Shown piece after piece: positions 22,051-36,800 of a stretch of DNA of 58,478 nucleotides. The notes under the pieces were generated by a model. That model saw only the letters and a program-made list of their open reading frames with translations. It did not search any database and was not told the origin of the DNA. Made by a program: the position numbers and the translations under genes. The DNA lies in assembly GCA_000934665.2 (NCBI GenBank), contig KZ538617.1, positions 1 to 58,478 of the forward strand, given 5' to 3'. Numbering within the stretch: position 1 is the first letter of the stretch; each line of letters opens with the position of its first letter. Source of the stretch: Catajapyx aquilonaris (lineage: Eukaryota).

Positions 22051-22935
22051 TTTTTTGACAGGTTTCATCAGAGTTTACAATTATTGTTCATGTTTACATG
22101 TCTTCAATAATGAAACACTTATCAGGACTTCTATCCCAGCCCACGTACATTGTGAGTCTGTAATTTTGGTGCTGACATGGTGATAATGAACATGTCCTTG
22201 TATCTTTATTGTAGTGAATGATTGTATGGAGGTGACTCTATGTTGTGTTTGGAATGTGATTTTTGTTAGTTATCACAATTGAAGACATTTGGTCACCCTC
22301 TATGAGCGGCTATAACATGTTGAAATAATGCTCGCATGAATGCCCAAAGTTCCATAGTTTAGTGAGCTAGAGCAACCGAGACCTATGGTAGCACCATGTC
22401 AAACATGGTAATATGCAGCCCTAAAATTATGCACTGTTGTTAAGAAATATAGCACTGCTGTTGAAAAGATGCCTGTTCTCAACTGCCATGAACAAAATAT
22501 GTTGGGATGAAAGCATAATATATTTTAATTTATAGTTTTCTGTAGCCATGAAATATTCTGGGCATGTGCTGCTGAATCTCACAAGCTGCCATCGAGCACG
22601 TAGGCACACTTTTCATGTGACAGTGCCTGAAAATCCAGTTCAGTGATAAACCAAAGTGCTCGTATTCAATTAGGAGAAGTTTTGATGCACTGAGTGCTAC
22701 TCTTGTGCCACAAATTGTTGATGTCATGAAAAAGGTGATTGTGCAAAGAGGCTTGTCAAGTCTTCATATCAAATTCCACGTGACTGTGGAGTTATACACA
22801 TGCAATTTTAAGGGAGTGGCCATTGGAAATGATTCACCTTTTTGCCATGGCAATTTCACATTGATTGAAAGGTTTGATACAAGATAGCTTTGTTGCCGTC
22901 ACAGAACTGAATAATTGACATTAGGCATGCATGTA

Positions 22936-23017
22936 CTATTGGCACGGAAATGGTATGGTCACTGTCTTGTCAATGATCAGTTAACCCCAAGTGTCTGTAC
23001 CATTTCCTCGCTGATAG
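22936..23017. mobile_element. Minimal derivative of the 18243 MITE family
   Basis: TA|CTATTGGCACGGAAATGGT ... CCCCAAGTGTCTGTACCATTTCCTCGCTGATAG|TA. Confidence 0.6.
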
Positions 23018-26000
23018 TACATTACTAGAGGTTGACACCTCAGTTTGAGGCCAAATACAGCGTCTTTCTGAATAGTTATTCCAATTGACTACTAGGTGAA
23101 TGCTTGGGCACCAATGGATCGCTTTATGGAGAGGTGTGATTGGGTCTCCACCAACTGAGGTAATTCGCTTTAAACTAGGAGTGAATAATTATACCATCTT
23201 ATATGTAGCAAATATAGCATGCAAGATACTATCATATCGGCCATTGCCTCCTACATGATATTGTCTGCTAATAATATCATGACTTAAATTTCAATTGCAT
23301 AGTGACCTAAAATTTTAATAAAAAGCAAGACAGCACGGAGGAATACACACCTAGCAGGATATTTTATACCTTTTGTTTGCAGCCAACCTGCCAACCTGTG
23401 GAGATTAAATGATACCTCAACATAAAGTGATATTGTGGTCCACAAGGGTTCCCTCTAGAAGTTTGTTGGAATTGTTATGAATCACCCAGAGTCGTACTTG
23501 TAGCTTATATGGATTTAACCTCTGTTAGTGCTTTACTGAAGGGTGATCTTATACAGCTGGTGCAGAGTGAAACATCTCTCATATTTGAGCCATCCTCTGC
23601 AAGAGGTTCAGAAGTATGCCAGAAGTAGCAAACCATTATTTTCACAAGTCATGGTAGTATACCACATGTTTAAGAATTTAGCCCACATCTGTATCAGTGG
23701 AAATGTCACAGCCCATTGCGCCTGTGAACGCACCCCTCAAGTTTGATATGTAATCATACATGCCATTCTGGTGTGTGTGTGTGGGTTTGCTACAGTTGAA
23801 GATGAGGTGACATAAGAGACTGGAAAGGAGCCAATGCAAAAATTTTACCAACACAGTTGTGATATTAATTCTGAGTCATGTGGTACAGTTTTTAATTAGA
23901 CATCTTTGTAGCACCTTAAATTTTTACTCAATTTTGGATAATTATTCACCTAAATAAAACATGGCCTTAGACAGGTTAGTCATGTTTGGTCCAACATGGA
24001 TGACAACATTGTTATTTAGGCAAAGAATTATCTTGCATCCAATCTTGCAATGCTTGATGAGGGATCACGTGACATTACAATAAAGCAGTTTTCTAAGGGC
24101 TATAAAGATTCCATAGGTTGTAGGTCTCGCATAGAATCTCAGAAAGAACAAGGTAACTTATTCCAGATTTAAATTCCAAGACTGATGCCGTAAAATTAAT
24201 AAATGTGTGCTACTACCTAATAGTAGTTGTGTGATACAATCATGTTGCCACGACCATTTCTTTTGGAAGAGCTCATTCTTCCCACACCTGCCAATTTGAC
24301 AAGTGTTTTTGTTTGTGATACCTGTGTTTGCTTTGTGATACAGTACTACATGCTGTGTTTGCCTCCATTATGTCCATCACAAATGTCCACAATGCAATTT
24401 ATTTGTCTCGGGTGCCAAGTACCAGTGCAGTCAGCTAATTCCACCAGAGTGCTTGACTTGCAACTTGGAATCACTCGACTTGCCGCATATCACAGTGGCT
24501 GAGGGATTACAGTGTATGATTAACATAACATTCCTGAGCATTTATAACCAAAGGTATCTTCCTCTTATTGTAACGTTATTGTAAGTACAGTATATAAGGT
24601 AAGAACCACTGTCTAGTTACAAGCACAATCTGCACACCGTAATAAAAACAGATTATATAATAAGGCAGACATTCCCGAGTGATGTTGCCGTATCTTTTCG
24701 CACTGAAATTCCTTTTCATTGTCTGATGCGCATCTTAAAGCTCTAGTCAGAAAATATGTGTACTCATTTATGTAGTTACTCAATACTGTTGAGTTTTTGT
24801 GTACAGAGGCCCCCCCCAATATGTCAAATTCCCGTTGTATCTGTTCAAAGTGCGTGACAAATAAAGAAAAGATTTTTTAAAATGGGAAGTGTGCCTTTTT
24901 TGTTTGCAAACCTGAGACCTATTCCGAAGGTGGGATTGTCCAAATCCGAGGGGCAGACCTTTCTCTTTTATGACGCTGTCTACTTTTCTTCCCTATCGAT
25001 CTTCATGAGCCTCTTCAGGGATGGCCAAAGCACTGTCGGCTACTGGAGGTGTTCGTATGAAACTTGGGATAGCCGGAAGCCTTATTGTGGAGTTTTCATC
25101 GGGAACTGCGATGTCCCTACTTTTTCCTTACGAGTTTGCGTCAGTGGAAAACACGAGGACTCTTCGATGACGGTGACGAAATAGTGACTCACAATTAATG
25201 TCTTGGTATGAACACCCACAGTTAGGGCTACATTATCTTTTTGAACAGGTCTTTACTCAATATGTTAGGGGCAATTCTTTCAGGTTATCAGATTAGGTGT
25301 GAAGTGGATTCATTTTCATTCCGAAAATTTAGAATTGGGGGGGAAAAACCGTAGCCTATAACTTCTCGAGTGGAATTTTCACTCAGTCAATATTTTAGAG
25401 TGCTGGCGCGTTTGAGATGACTCTCCCGGGAATTTACAGTACGAATAGATTTGAAGCATGTGGAAAACGTCTTTTTTCTTCTTTTTTTTACAAAACAGAA
25501 ATAAAAAAACACTGATTGTTCGAAACTTATTTCGACAATCAAGCAGTTGAAGAATGTGAGTTCTCCATTGTGGTTATCTACGGCGCAAGATTTAGTCATT
25601 CTATCTTACAGTTATGAGGACAATATATTGAAGAGAGTTGAATACAAAAAGCGTTATCTCCACTTGTGACACTTTCGAAATACCGGTAATCGAAAAAATG
25701 TTCAGCTCTACACTGTTAGGGCATAGGAATCGGATTCTTTTCCCTAAATTTTAACAGGGGATAATTTTTTAATATATCAGGGGTCGAAATATTCGGATGC
25801 AAAGGTGCAATTTGTACTCCCCAAACTGAGCCTTGGAGTTGCAAAGACAGTTGATCCTGATAATTTACATAGCTTAACACAGTAATTAATTAAGCACTCC
25901 AATTAATTTGCACTCCAGATGAATGTTTGCAGTGCAAACTTTGAACCTGGATAAAAAAATTAAAATTCGACCCAGAATATTGCACAATACCGCCTACACC

Positions 26001-28416
26001 ATTTGACCAAAATTGTAACAAAAAAAAAGGTCGTTCAAAACATTAACTAAAATCCCTGCAATTATTCCAGCACTTCATTCGGGCACGATGTCACAGTCCA
26101 TCACCCTGACATCAACCCAACACACCAGCGTGACGTTATGAACGATCCCCTTTCCAGATTCCGACATAAATTCTATATAGCCAGTACTATGTCATGTTGC
26201 ACGTGACAGTGCCCCCAGCGTCAATCACCCCTACATGTCTTTAATATTCCTAAAATTCGTGTCATTCCCTCTGCACTAAAAGGGGCAATAAGCTGCATTC
26301 CCATTTGTCGTCATTAAGATCCGTATCTTCTCCAATTGCAGCATGATCAATTTAAGGAAATGGTGGTGGTACACACTGATTCATTTATAATTCCGCGGGG
26401 AATGCCAACCAAGGAGAGTGGATTGAGATACAATATTAATAACCCTGAGTAGCGGAAAAGGGCAAGGGAGGACATCACGCAATTGCGTCTCGGCATTACC
26501 ATCTGCCAGAGTGACATGAATTATTCTCCTTCACTCATATTGATTGGACGGATCCTCCTAAGAGACATGTGGCGACCATTTACAATCAGACATGAGATAA
26601 GAGGGGCAGGTGTGTGGGAAAAACTGAAAATGGGTCGCACGTGGGTGAAGACACTGGAGAATTCCAGAAATTCCATTTGATTTTGAACACTTTTTTTCAT
26701 CCAGTGTTTCATAGCTGTGATGATTTACACTCTGCTATATTCCAGGTCAAGGGCGACCTTTCCGTGCCAATGGTTCGTTTACGCTGTCGTTTGTCATCTG
26801 TTTCGTTATTAATTCCCTTTAAAGGCTTATCGTTGACGCCCAGTGAAGCATTCTGCATCCTCGTTTCTTCCGCCTCATGTACTGCCGCGATGTGGAAATT
26901 TGCGCAAATATGATCATATTTGAGGGCGGAAATGTTGACATTATCATGACATCCACGATATCATTATGTCATTAACCACTCTGTACTGTATACGTAGTTT
27001 CGCTGCGCGCTCGAGCATGTCATATAAGCATATTTCCTCCGTCACTCCTACAAGTGTTTTGTCTGTCACCGAGTTACTGTTCAGCAGTTGACAAGTTTTT
27101 GAGAAAATACAACAATTACTACTCTCCTTATGCAGACATAAGGAAAAATGAGGAGAAACTGCCACGTGGCCTGATATCTGAAAATTTTATACAATCACAA
27201 TATTTTTTGCTTTCGCCACATCTGTATCTTGAAGCACCCTGTGTATAGGGAAGTGGAGAAAAGAACACGAAACCGCAGTGTAGAATCCTGGAATGGACCT
27301 TGAGTGGTATGAGAACAGAACGTAAATAATGGCTTTGGAAAAAGTCCAGGTCTGCACCAGAAGAGGGAATGTTTACGACGTGAAAGAAAAGAGCCGTGTT
27401 GCGGTGGGAAATCATTCCACTGGGTGCTTCCAGGAAGTTGGAAATTCCCAAATGAAACATACCAGGTGGCCTCAGGTGAACTAGGAATGATATTTTATTT
27501 CTTTCAAGGCCGAATCTATTCTGGACGTCTCCGATTCTATCGTGGAGCTTTGGGCTTCCAGACTTTGTCGAGAGCTCATCCTGAATGCAAAGTTTACAGA
27601 CGCGCAGTTTGCAAATTAGATTTGGCTTCACGGGTTGTCTTTGTCGCCTCCAAGGGGTTCTCTCTGCCTAACTGGAGGGGCTTATTTCAACACTTTCTAT
27701 ACCGACTGGATCGAGTTCTAACTAAGAAAAACCTATTGCCGACTTTGCGTAACTGCGAAACTTTCAGGTTTCCGCTCATTTGCACCATTACTTTTCCCTC
27801 CACTTTCAGATGAAAGTTGAGCGTAATAAGTTACGCACCTTTCTCCATGTTCAACCAGTTGCGCAACTTAAATGGAATTTTCAAATAGTGATTAGATGCA
27901 GGGCGGTGTCTTCTTTTCCATGACTCAACTACTGCTAGACACGTTTGTATGACCAATTACTGCTTATATAGGATTGCAAGGCCATATATGGAATCGATTC
28001 CATTTCACCCCCTTGCGACCTACCCCCGCCTATCTCCCCACCCCCTCTCATCCGATGTCATCTTCGCTCTATTATCCTCTTTCTGCCCAGATATTATGAT
28101 CAGTTGCGACTGTTTGAATTACACTCCGCGCAATTCACGCTGCTGATAAAAGTGTCTGTCAATGTGGGAGAATCCATTTCAAATTCGTCTGATGGTTGTA
28201 TACTAGACTCAGCCATTGTAAACTACCCACACGCCTATATTTCACGGTAAGTGTGCAGTGTCTCACCGAATGACGTCGTCTGTGCGAAAACGAGACTTTA
28301 ATTCACCCGAGAATAGATTTTACGCAGTCTATGTTTGCGAATCACCACTCTTGGGGAAACGACCTTTCAACTCTGACTCAGGTTTTCACACACACACACA
28401 CCCCCCCCCCCCCTCT

Positions 28417-28642
28417 NNNNNNNNNNNNNNNNNNNNNNNNNNNNNNNNNNNNNNNNNNNNNNNNNNNNNNNNNNNNNNNNNNNNNNNNNNNNNNNNNNNN
28501 NNNNNNNNNNNNNNNNNNNNNNNNNNNNNNNNNNNNNNNNNNNNNNNNNNNNNNNNNNNNNNNNNNNNNNNNNNNNNNNNNNNNNNNNNNNNNNNNNNNN
28601 NNNNNNNNNNNNNNNNNNNNNNNNNNNNNNNNNNNNNNNNNN
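28417..28642. other. Assembly gap (others at 5329-5331 and 37463-37487)
   Basis: Runs of N, each beside a poly-C tract. Confidence 0.99.
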
Positions 28643-31136
28643 GTCAAGCGGAAGGAACCTGACCCCCCCCCCCCCCCAGATCGAGGGTAAAATATTGGAA
28701 TGATAGTGGTCACTCCCCAACGTTTCAACCCTTGCACCCAAGTCAATTGGACTTCCGAGTCCATATAATCGAAGGCCGGCGCTCTTCAGCAAACCCGATA
28801 CCCGCCCCACCACCCGGCAACTACCCGCCCCTCACCCTTACCCTAACCCCAAGCTGCAACTCCGATGGGAGCTTCAGTTTCAGAAGAGCTGGCTCCGAAG
28901 CAGGACCATCTCAGTGCTTCTACCAGATTTCACTTGTTACAGGTAAGATCACAGGTGCATTTGGAAAGGCGCGAAGTTTTATTTCGAATGGGACATATTT
29001 ATTTTATGTCGCAGTTTTTTCTGGGTTGAGTCTGGGGACAATTGATGTGTTGACAGTATTGTATTGAGGGGGAAGGTAGAGTATGTGTAGGAGAGTATTG
29101 ATCATAAGTTGTAATATTTTATCAGGTGTGTTGGTGCGCAAATTGACATGTTTTTCAAGTCACCTTTGTTGCGTTGGGAATTGTAATTAATGAGTTTGCA
29201 TAAATAATCTATCCTATGCAGTTATGAACGAGACTCGAGGTAATTAACAAAAATTGGATTAAAAACATTATGTACCTAAGTTCGCAACTATTAAATTTTT
29301 TATTATATTTATTCGAGCGTATGCCCCTAACTGTTTCGTCTACAGTTATCGCAAATCGCTACTTTCCTGCATTCAATGAGCGCAAAACCGTTCCGCCTGG
29401 TGGAACGGCACTAAAAAATTAAAACCATCGAGTATATAATAATAACAATGCGATATGCCCTGTACAACATCGTGCAGCTAATTAATGACTGCATTGAAAA
29501 TATCCCCTTTCTAATCATATATGCGAAGATCTTAGATCACTCCCAATGCTCTTTCATCAGACCGGCTTATTTGAGCCACGTTCCTTATATTTATTGGCAT
29601 CAAAGGAAAAGCCAATCAAAAGATTAATAAACGAGCAACTGCCTTTTCCAGGCACTTGATAGAGTTCATCGAACTTCTTGCATAGAGCTTATTATACACA
29701 AGTACTTGAGCAGCCCTCGACTATTTTGGCGCTTCAAATACGCAATTTGCGTTTTTCAATACGAAACGACATTAATATGCTAATAGGTTAATCGGAGCTC
29801 ATTTGCTGGCGGTGCGCACCCGGATAAAAGCCGAGTCCCTTTCCATCAACCCAACAGGAGGGGTTGGTTCCGCACATCAAATATGCAAACCTGTGGAAAT
29901 GGCCTGAAACCATCTCACTGCGTACACACACACAGCCGCAAAAGCCAGAGTAAACCCTATAGACCAGCTATTCACAACCGGATTACAGTCGAGACCTCAG
30001 GGCTTTACCGCCTGTGAAATGGCTGGGCTGCGCATTTTCGATAGAGTTCGTTCTGAAACACCATGTGATGTAACAGTGTGAATTTCTAACCACCACCCCC
30101 ACTAGCATCCAGACCCTCACTGCTCTATTGCATTGTCCCAGAATTGCGGTTGAGACCTGAAAGAAGCCCGGACAAAAGCCGGTCTCCGCAAAAGCCCATA
30201 TTTCTCTCGCCACGTCATTTCTTTCCCATCCGGCCCTAAATTTTTATGCTCTATAAATAAGTTAGCAAATAGCGTCCGGGAGGCTTGATTTATGTCTGGG
30301 CTGAAAATTCTGGGCCTTGGTTTGGGCATGTAGAGGAGCATTCATCAGACACAAAACGTCCGTGGAATTATTCACCTACTATACTGTAGGTTTCCGGTTA
30401 ATTTCTCGTGGGGCTAGGAAGCTCCGGGACAAATTTAAACAAAAAAAAAAAAACTGGTTGTTTGTCACAATTTCGCCTGAGATAAGTAATTGTGAGGTTT
30501 CAGGTCGAAACCACCACCTTCTTGTGAAGGGCTTCTTGATTGATGGGGGCCAACTTGACGTCACGTGTATATTTTGGTTGCTCTGATGAGACGCATTTGT
30601 GTCGTCACAATTCCTGCCCACATTTTCCGGGTACAAAGCGTATTATTTCCTTCTCCGATCCTCTTCTGACGTTTCGTACGAATTTATATTTCACGCCGAA
30701 ATGAGTTATGTTGCACTCTGCAGTATACTCCGGTATAGCAATAGGGTGTATATTTGCTTGCCCAAAAAAAGGTCAGTGTTCTAACAGTTCCGCTTGCTCA
30801 CCAACAGGTACTTACACCTAACACCAGACGCAACAAGTACCCTGTTTTGGCTGCATTTCCGACATAACACCCCACCCTCATCCATATTGCACGAGACCGA
30901 GTGTGTGTATCGGTCCTTCGACCACTGCTTGCACTGCACGGCAGGCGATACAGTGACCATTAGCGCTTGGGAGCCACATTGCAATACACCACTGTTGTAC
31001 AAACACCTTCAGGCAATGACGGCCATTAGTGTCTAACTGTCTAAGTGCCATATTGTACGTGACTTAAGGCCATTGACAGCAACAGGAAGACATTGAAGGC
31101 CAGTGGTGGCTGAAGAAAGAGTGGCCCACTAGAGCT

Positions 31137-31445
31137 ATGCCATTCTCGCTGCATCTGCCATTTGGCGAGACTCATCGACAGCAGCAGTCCAGGACCAGCC
31201 TTGAAGATGGTCTGTTGCAGATCAGTAACCAGGCCTGGCACATTTTGGTCCATGGCCCAGACGAGGAAGGACGTGCGGGAGGAAGCGGAGGTGGTTCCGA
31301 TCCTTTGCTGGCTGTCGAATCCTCAATGTCATGCCGAGACCAAGTCTACATGATATGTTCCCTGCCCACCACCTCTGGTCATAGGTCATCGGGAGGAAGC
31401 CCCCGTCGAAAACGAAGGGTAAGATTTAACATTAACAACAATCAG
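31137..31445 (+). CDS. PLD3: Probable first coding exon of a long PLD3 isoform
   Basis: ATG-initiated, coding-like 103 codons ending KRRVRFNINNNQ at donor CAG|GTCAGT in phase 0, matching the phase-0 acceptor at 39809; the link is inferred. Confidence 0.55.
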
Positions 31446-33307
31446 GTCAGTGTTGACCTTTGTACAATGTGTGGCAGCTTAACCTTCATACCTGAGCTTG
31501 ACGTGCTAATCACTCACCAGAGATTGTCACATAGTTGAAATCAGGGTTGCGTGCGGCATCCATTTGATTAATCATGTGGTGCAAGCCACGTGCCCATAAG
31601 CAGTTTATGAGCAGATGATCGCAGACTTAATTGTTATAATTGCGTATTGACCGTGATCTGCAGTGCACACAAAACGTGACGTTAATCAGGCGCGGCAGTT
31701 AATTATTCGAAACCAAGCTAATCGCCACTCGGACCGCATCGCTTCGGATCTAATTACACTAAACCTCACAAGTGTCCTCCATCAGTCGAATTACCTATGT
31801 GGGAAAACTATGCGTTGACATCTGCATATCTGTTTTGTTCAAACCTGGTATACTCTATCGATTTTCCTATATCATCACAGCAAACTAACCGAGATGGAAA
31901 ACGCATTTTGTCCACTCTCTCAACACTTGTTGAGAATGCGCAGCTCTCTTTCTCTTTACCATTTTCCATTCCTTCCACTGTTTGCTTTGGACCGCCTCTA
32001 TATATATACTGGACCCAAACACCCACTGCGAATCGCCATTTCAGGCAATAACCAAGAGTAGTCACCCTCACGACCCTGACCTTCAGAGAAAAAACCAATA
32101 GCAATTAATCAGACTGATAAATGTATGTACAAATGGTCCAAATAGCATTTAAAAGATTAAAGGCTAGAATGGGAACTTTTTTTTTAAAAAAAAAGGAACA
32201 AACCAGTCTGTTGGGAAAAGACTGGTATTTGAGAGTCTGTCCAGATGGGCACTTGGAATTAGTTCCTGTTTGGTCTCGCCCTTGTTTTCCCCATCTGCAC
32301 CGTTACTGACGTTGGGAGCTAGTGTTTATGCCATCATCGACAGAATGAAATGCGAGGCACGAAACAGGTGACATGCCCGTCAATGGAAAGCATCCTTGAT
32401 TAGCATTCGGCTCGGCCACGTGACAAGGGAATGATTGTCACGCGCTGCCATTTCGTTCGTGTTTGGTGCCATCGGATACATTGTACCGCTCTACGGGGCG
32501 TGACGCACTCTGAATTTTAGTGTCAACAAAACTATTTTTTACGGGCGTAAAAACCATGTATGTTAGGGTGAGAACTGCGGGGCCGTTAAAAATAGTACTT
32601 GCTGTGTAATGGAAGCCGCGTTTGGTAATTGCGCCTAAAACGGATTTTGTCAGTCTCATAAGCTAGAGTGTTGACATTATTATTGCCTGACGTTCATCAA
32701 AGTAATTATTATGCAGGTGAAATGCGAAAACTTGCCAACAAATGTGTGATGCAATATTAGAAGAGTTACGCCTGCGATATATGCAGCCATTCAGACAACA
32801 GGAGCTGTTGGGTTGCCTATGCAATTAGGATAAAGTGCTAAGGAGCATACGATTCGCATGCGCGATACAAATCGACCCTGTCAAAGCAAAGGCTCCGGTG
32901 GAAGACACGGAACAATATTTCACACAGGCGTCGTTCTGACGTGAGAAAATAAACGACCCAAGTTCTTTTATACCATGTGTATTCTTGCGAAGAGCACTGG
33001 ACAGAATAGGCTACAGTGGATAGGGGTGGAAAGGTTCCAGTCCATTTTTTGTGACTTCTCGACCTATGATGGAAGTCAATATTGACGAATTACACAATGA
33101 CTTCCTTCCAGCTGGTGCTGTGTATTTTTTTTATCAATGGTACTTTTAATATCTATTCTTTCTGTAATATTTGTTAGCTGTAGTTTGCCATATTGCAACT
33201 CGCAGGAGAAAGTACTAATACTTTTTGATAAAATATTTACGGTACATTTCCGGATTCATTACATCTAACTACAAAAATGTTAGCAAGTAATGTAGGTACT
33301 GTGATAT

Positions 33308-33654
33308 ATATTTTTTATTTAGTTTACCCCGTGATGACCCTTACGGGTGCTATAGGGGGTGGCATACCACCATCAGTTTTCTGTATATATTTTCACTTCA
33401 TTCTCCGGTGCAAGGAAACAGGGACAATGGGAAAGGATAGGGATTTTTGGGGAGGGAACATGGGTGCAAGGTGCAATGCCGTAGCTATGGGTCATGTGCT
33501 GTTCCCCAGGATGTTAGGTTGCCAGACACCTCCTTGGTGCAGGTCAGAGATCCTCCTGACGCAGGTGAAAGGAAAGTTCCCCAGGCGGGATCGAACCTGG
33601 GACCTTTCACTCAGCAAGCCGAGACGTTACCATCTCGGCCATCTACACCTCCCC
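33308..33654 (-). mobile_element. tRNA-derived SINE (type C)
   Basis: Head GGGGAGGTGTAGATGGCCGAGATGG...GGTTCGATCCC on minus; 16-bp TSD GTAGGTACT(G/A)TGATAT; A-rich tail. Confidence 0.87.
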
Positions 33655-33752
33655 GTAGGTACTATGATATGTAGACCACCTCTTTTGCTTGATACAGTAA
33701 GATCTTGATGCAAATAGTGCTTACATTGCAATCAGAGCTGTGATATTGTGGT

Positions 33753-33828
33753 ATTGAAACTTGAAGCATTTTAAATTCTCATCAATTTTATAAAATTGAC
33801 GAGAATTTAAAATGCTTCAAGTTTCAAT
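33753..33828. repeat. 76-bp spacer-less palindrome
   Basis: Two 38-bp arms with one mismatch, centre TTTTA|TAAAA. Confidence 0.9.
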
Positions 33829-36800
33829 TGGCCAAAAAAGGCTCCAAGAACATAAAACAATTTTAATTTTAATTTTGATGGCATTGATAGATGACGCCAA
33901 TTTTTCAGTTGAGATATTCTTCACTAAAACAGGCATTTAATGAACTTGGTAAGTTATTCCAGTGTAATACCCCATTTTGAATGGTACCCATATTGAAGGA
34001 ATATGGTGCAAAAAGGTACGCATCAAGTTCATTAATTATCCTTTTTAGTGAACAATATGTGACTCCAAAAATCATGTCATACACAAATCCCGTAAAAATT
34101 TAATTTAACATTATAGAGCCCTATGTGCTGGTCATTTGAAACTGGACAAAATCTGTTGCATATGCAGCATTCCGATCTCTGTCTCTCAGCTCAGAAACAA
34201 TTTATTTCCATTCTAGCTGTCACTTTTATTATCGCGGCATACATGCTATCAAGCACCATTTGCACTAAATAATATCGTAGTGAACATAGAACAATGGGAG
34301 TCCTACAGATTACCTATCTCACTGCTAACATTCTTTCAAGGAGAGACAGGTTTATCCCTTTGGTATTATTCAACGTGTATTGTCCTTACCACTTGTTTGA
34401 TAAGTAAATAATTATTTCGGATTATCTACGCAGCTCTCACAATGAGTCCATGATTAGGGCAAGTTGTTCTACAGGGTGTTTCACTATAGGTAGTCCCCCC
34501 AAAGAATCGACTATATTTTTCTTACCACTATATACCTAGAAACGTGATGTTTGGTTTAAAAGCTATCTTAGTTCAAAGATGATTATAGATCATTATATAT
34601 GATTATTGTATGATCCACACATTTAATCTTTTAAGTAGGATGACATCATAAAAATGCAAACGAAGTTATTCATGCCGCGAAGGTTTGACAGTATCCAATA
34701 CTATCAACGAGGTGGTTGGAACTTGGAACACTTACTACAACCAAGCTACAACTAGCATCTGACATTTTGTTGCAACCAATCCCTACCCAACCTTGCACAT
34801 TGATTCTAGCCATACTGTTACCTTCTGCATGACACGTGCTGCAAAATACTGTAATAAGGCCATGTCTGTCCTTTTTTCTAGACCTCCAAAAGTATAAATA
34901 GAGCGCGGGAAATTTTTACTCGTGTGGTTAAAAAATAGAAAATGAGGATATTCCCTAAGGTCTGACGTGACAGTATAGGTGGGATTCACCTTCACAAAGA
35001 GCTCCAGTTGTTACAATTTCGACCAGTTGAGTATGTTTGAAAACATAGTTGCAGAGGAAGTGATAGTGTTACTACCTGCACGTTTCTATAGCCAGTTCCA
35101 CTCTATCCTATTGTGCTGTCAACTGTTAAAGGTTTTGTGCATGATCGCATTTCCAAACGTGTCAATTATACAGGCGTGATCAAGGTTGAGCGATTAGTTG
35201 AACAACCACCTGAAAATTCTCACCAAGAATTACTCGATTAATTGCAACGAAATGTTACATAATTAATAAATAAAATGTGTGTGAAGGAACTTAATATGAG
35301 TAATGGCGCATGAAATGTAAAGCTTGGAGATCCCTGAGCTTGTACAGTATTAGAAGGAACTCTGTGGACTATCAACGACAGAAATCTGTCTCTGAAGTCA
35401 GCTGAAGTCAGCCTGGCATAAAAGAGAGTTAAGATCAAAATGCACCTGAGACATTCTGATCCCCTGGGAAAGCACGTCTTCTTTAATGTATTCCAATATC
35501 AGCAGCAGCTTTCCTACCAGTCAATAGAAAATTCTTATTCAAAGCCCCGGAAGCATGTCCCTTCATCGTAAGATCCAGGATTTGTATACCTATTTTTAGA
35601 CACTGCAGATATCGCTCAGGCAAGAACATGGACGAATATAACCATCCTTCTACCACTTTATAAACAGGAGAAGCACCTGGTTCAAAATTCCATTGAGGGC
35701 ATCAACCAAGAAACATGTTTGAATATGGAGAATCCGTCGTGATTTTAAAGGGTAGTACTAATTGCGTATAGTCGTAGTCGTATACTATAGACTGTTCGTT
35801 CGGATGTTCCCTTTAAGAAAACTTTAGCGTTCTTTCTTTCCTTATCTCGTTTTTTTCTCTCTCTCTCTCGATACGGCATTAACCTCAAGCGCGTTCTCGC
35901 GTGATGAAGTCTATTTCTTGTAAGCACGAGGCAAGTCGCTTTCGACGCCTATTTACGTCAAGGTAAGGACAATGCCGGAAACTTCGCGTGAGCCCAGCCT
36001 CAGTTCTCAGTGGTCATGGCATTCAAATAAATCTGAAGCTATTCACTACTCTTTCAAGCACGCCTAAACTTAGACTTCTTGAATGGAAGATTATTCCCTC
36101 TCTAGATAGCCTATAGGAGTTGATGCTAAAAATAGCCAAAACGGCAATAAAAAGTGATAGTCTGCAATTTTAGGACTTTGATTCCGTCATCAGATGGTGA
36201 CGTACATCATATCAGCGGACATATTTGCCGCCACAGGCTACAAAAATAGGCTTTTTGGATGTGCCAAAAGGTCGTTGTCAGATCAATCAGCAGGCGACGA
36301 GGATGGCTAGCATTTTTATTCCCCTGATGACAACAATTCCCGATAAAAGCTTTCCCTTACATGCCCTAAAAGTGCAGTGCAGATAAGACTGGAAATAACA
36401 TAGCCAACAAACTTAACCACCATGATTTGAGAAGGCGCTCAAATTGTATAGCAGTTACCCTGGCCATATTCCCTAGAAATGGGCCATATAGCGCAGCATA
36501 GTAACCAATATGTAGGTCATGGCGGTGTTCACCTACGGTTTTGGATAGAGTCTTGAATAAAACATGACTTCTGGAAGAAAAGTGTAACGACCTCTGATGA
36601 GCCTACCCCCTTGCATATTTCACGAAACATCGATTGACTAGCTGCGTTTCTCCGATGGCGTGCGTGGGCGGGGGGTGAATCACGCTACACCCCAAAATGC
36701 ATTGGGATTACCGGACGTACAACTAGTCCACTGCTATTAGGCCTCATCCCGACTCATCTTTTTGACATAAAGACAAGTAAGCGTAGTTCTGAAGCTATTC

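Noticed and set aside
27128..27813. Overlapping 167-aa (minus) and 129-aa (plus) ORFs
   Set aside because: No recognisable domain or splice context; possibly decayed transposon sequence.
28258..28813. ORFs spanning the N gap
   Set aside because: Open only because of Ns.
28829..28850. CCCTCACCCTTACCCTAACCC telomere-like words
   Set aside because: Only three degenerate units.
28860..28941. Possible 5'-UTR exon ending at a strong donor CAG|GTAAGA
   Set aside because: Plausible for PLD3 but unsupported without transcripts; its upstream part is next to a gap.
36594..36630. CTGATGAG...CGAAAC hammerhead-like core (also CTGATGA at about 30583, 36324, 47558 and 52543)
   Set aside because: No convincing stem I, II or III pairing around the cores.
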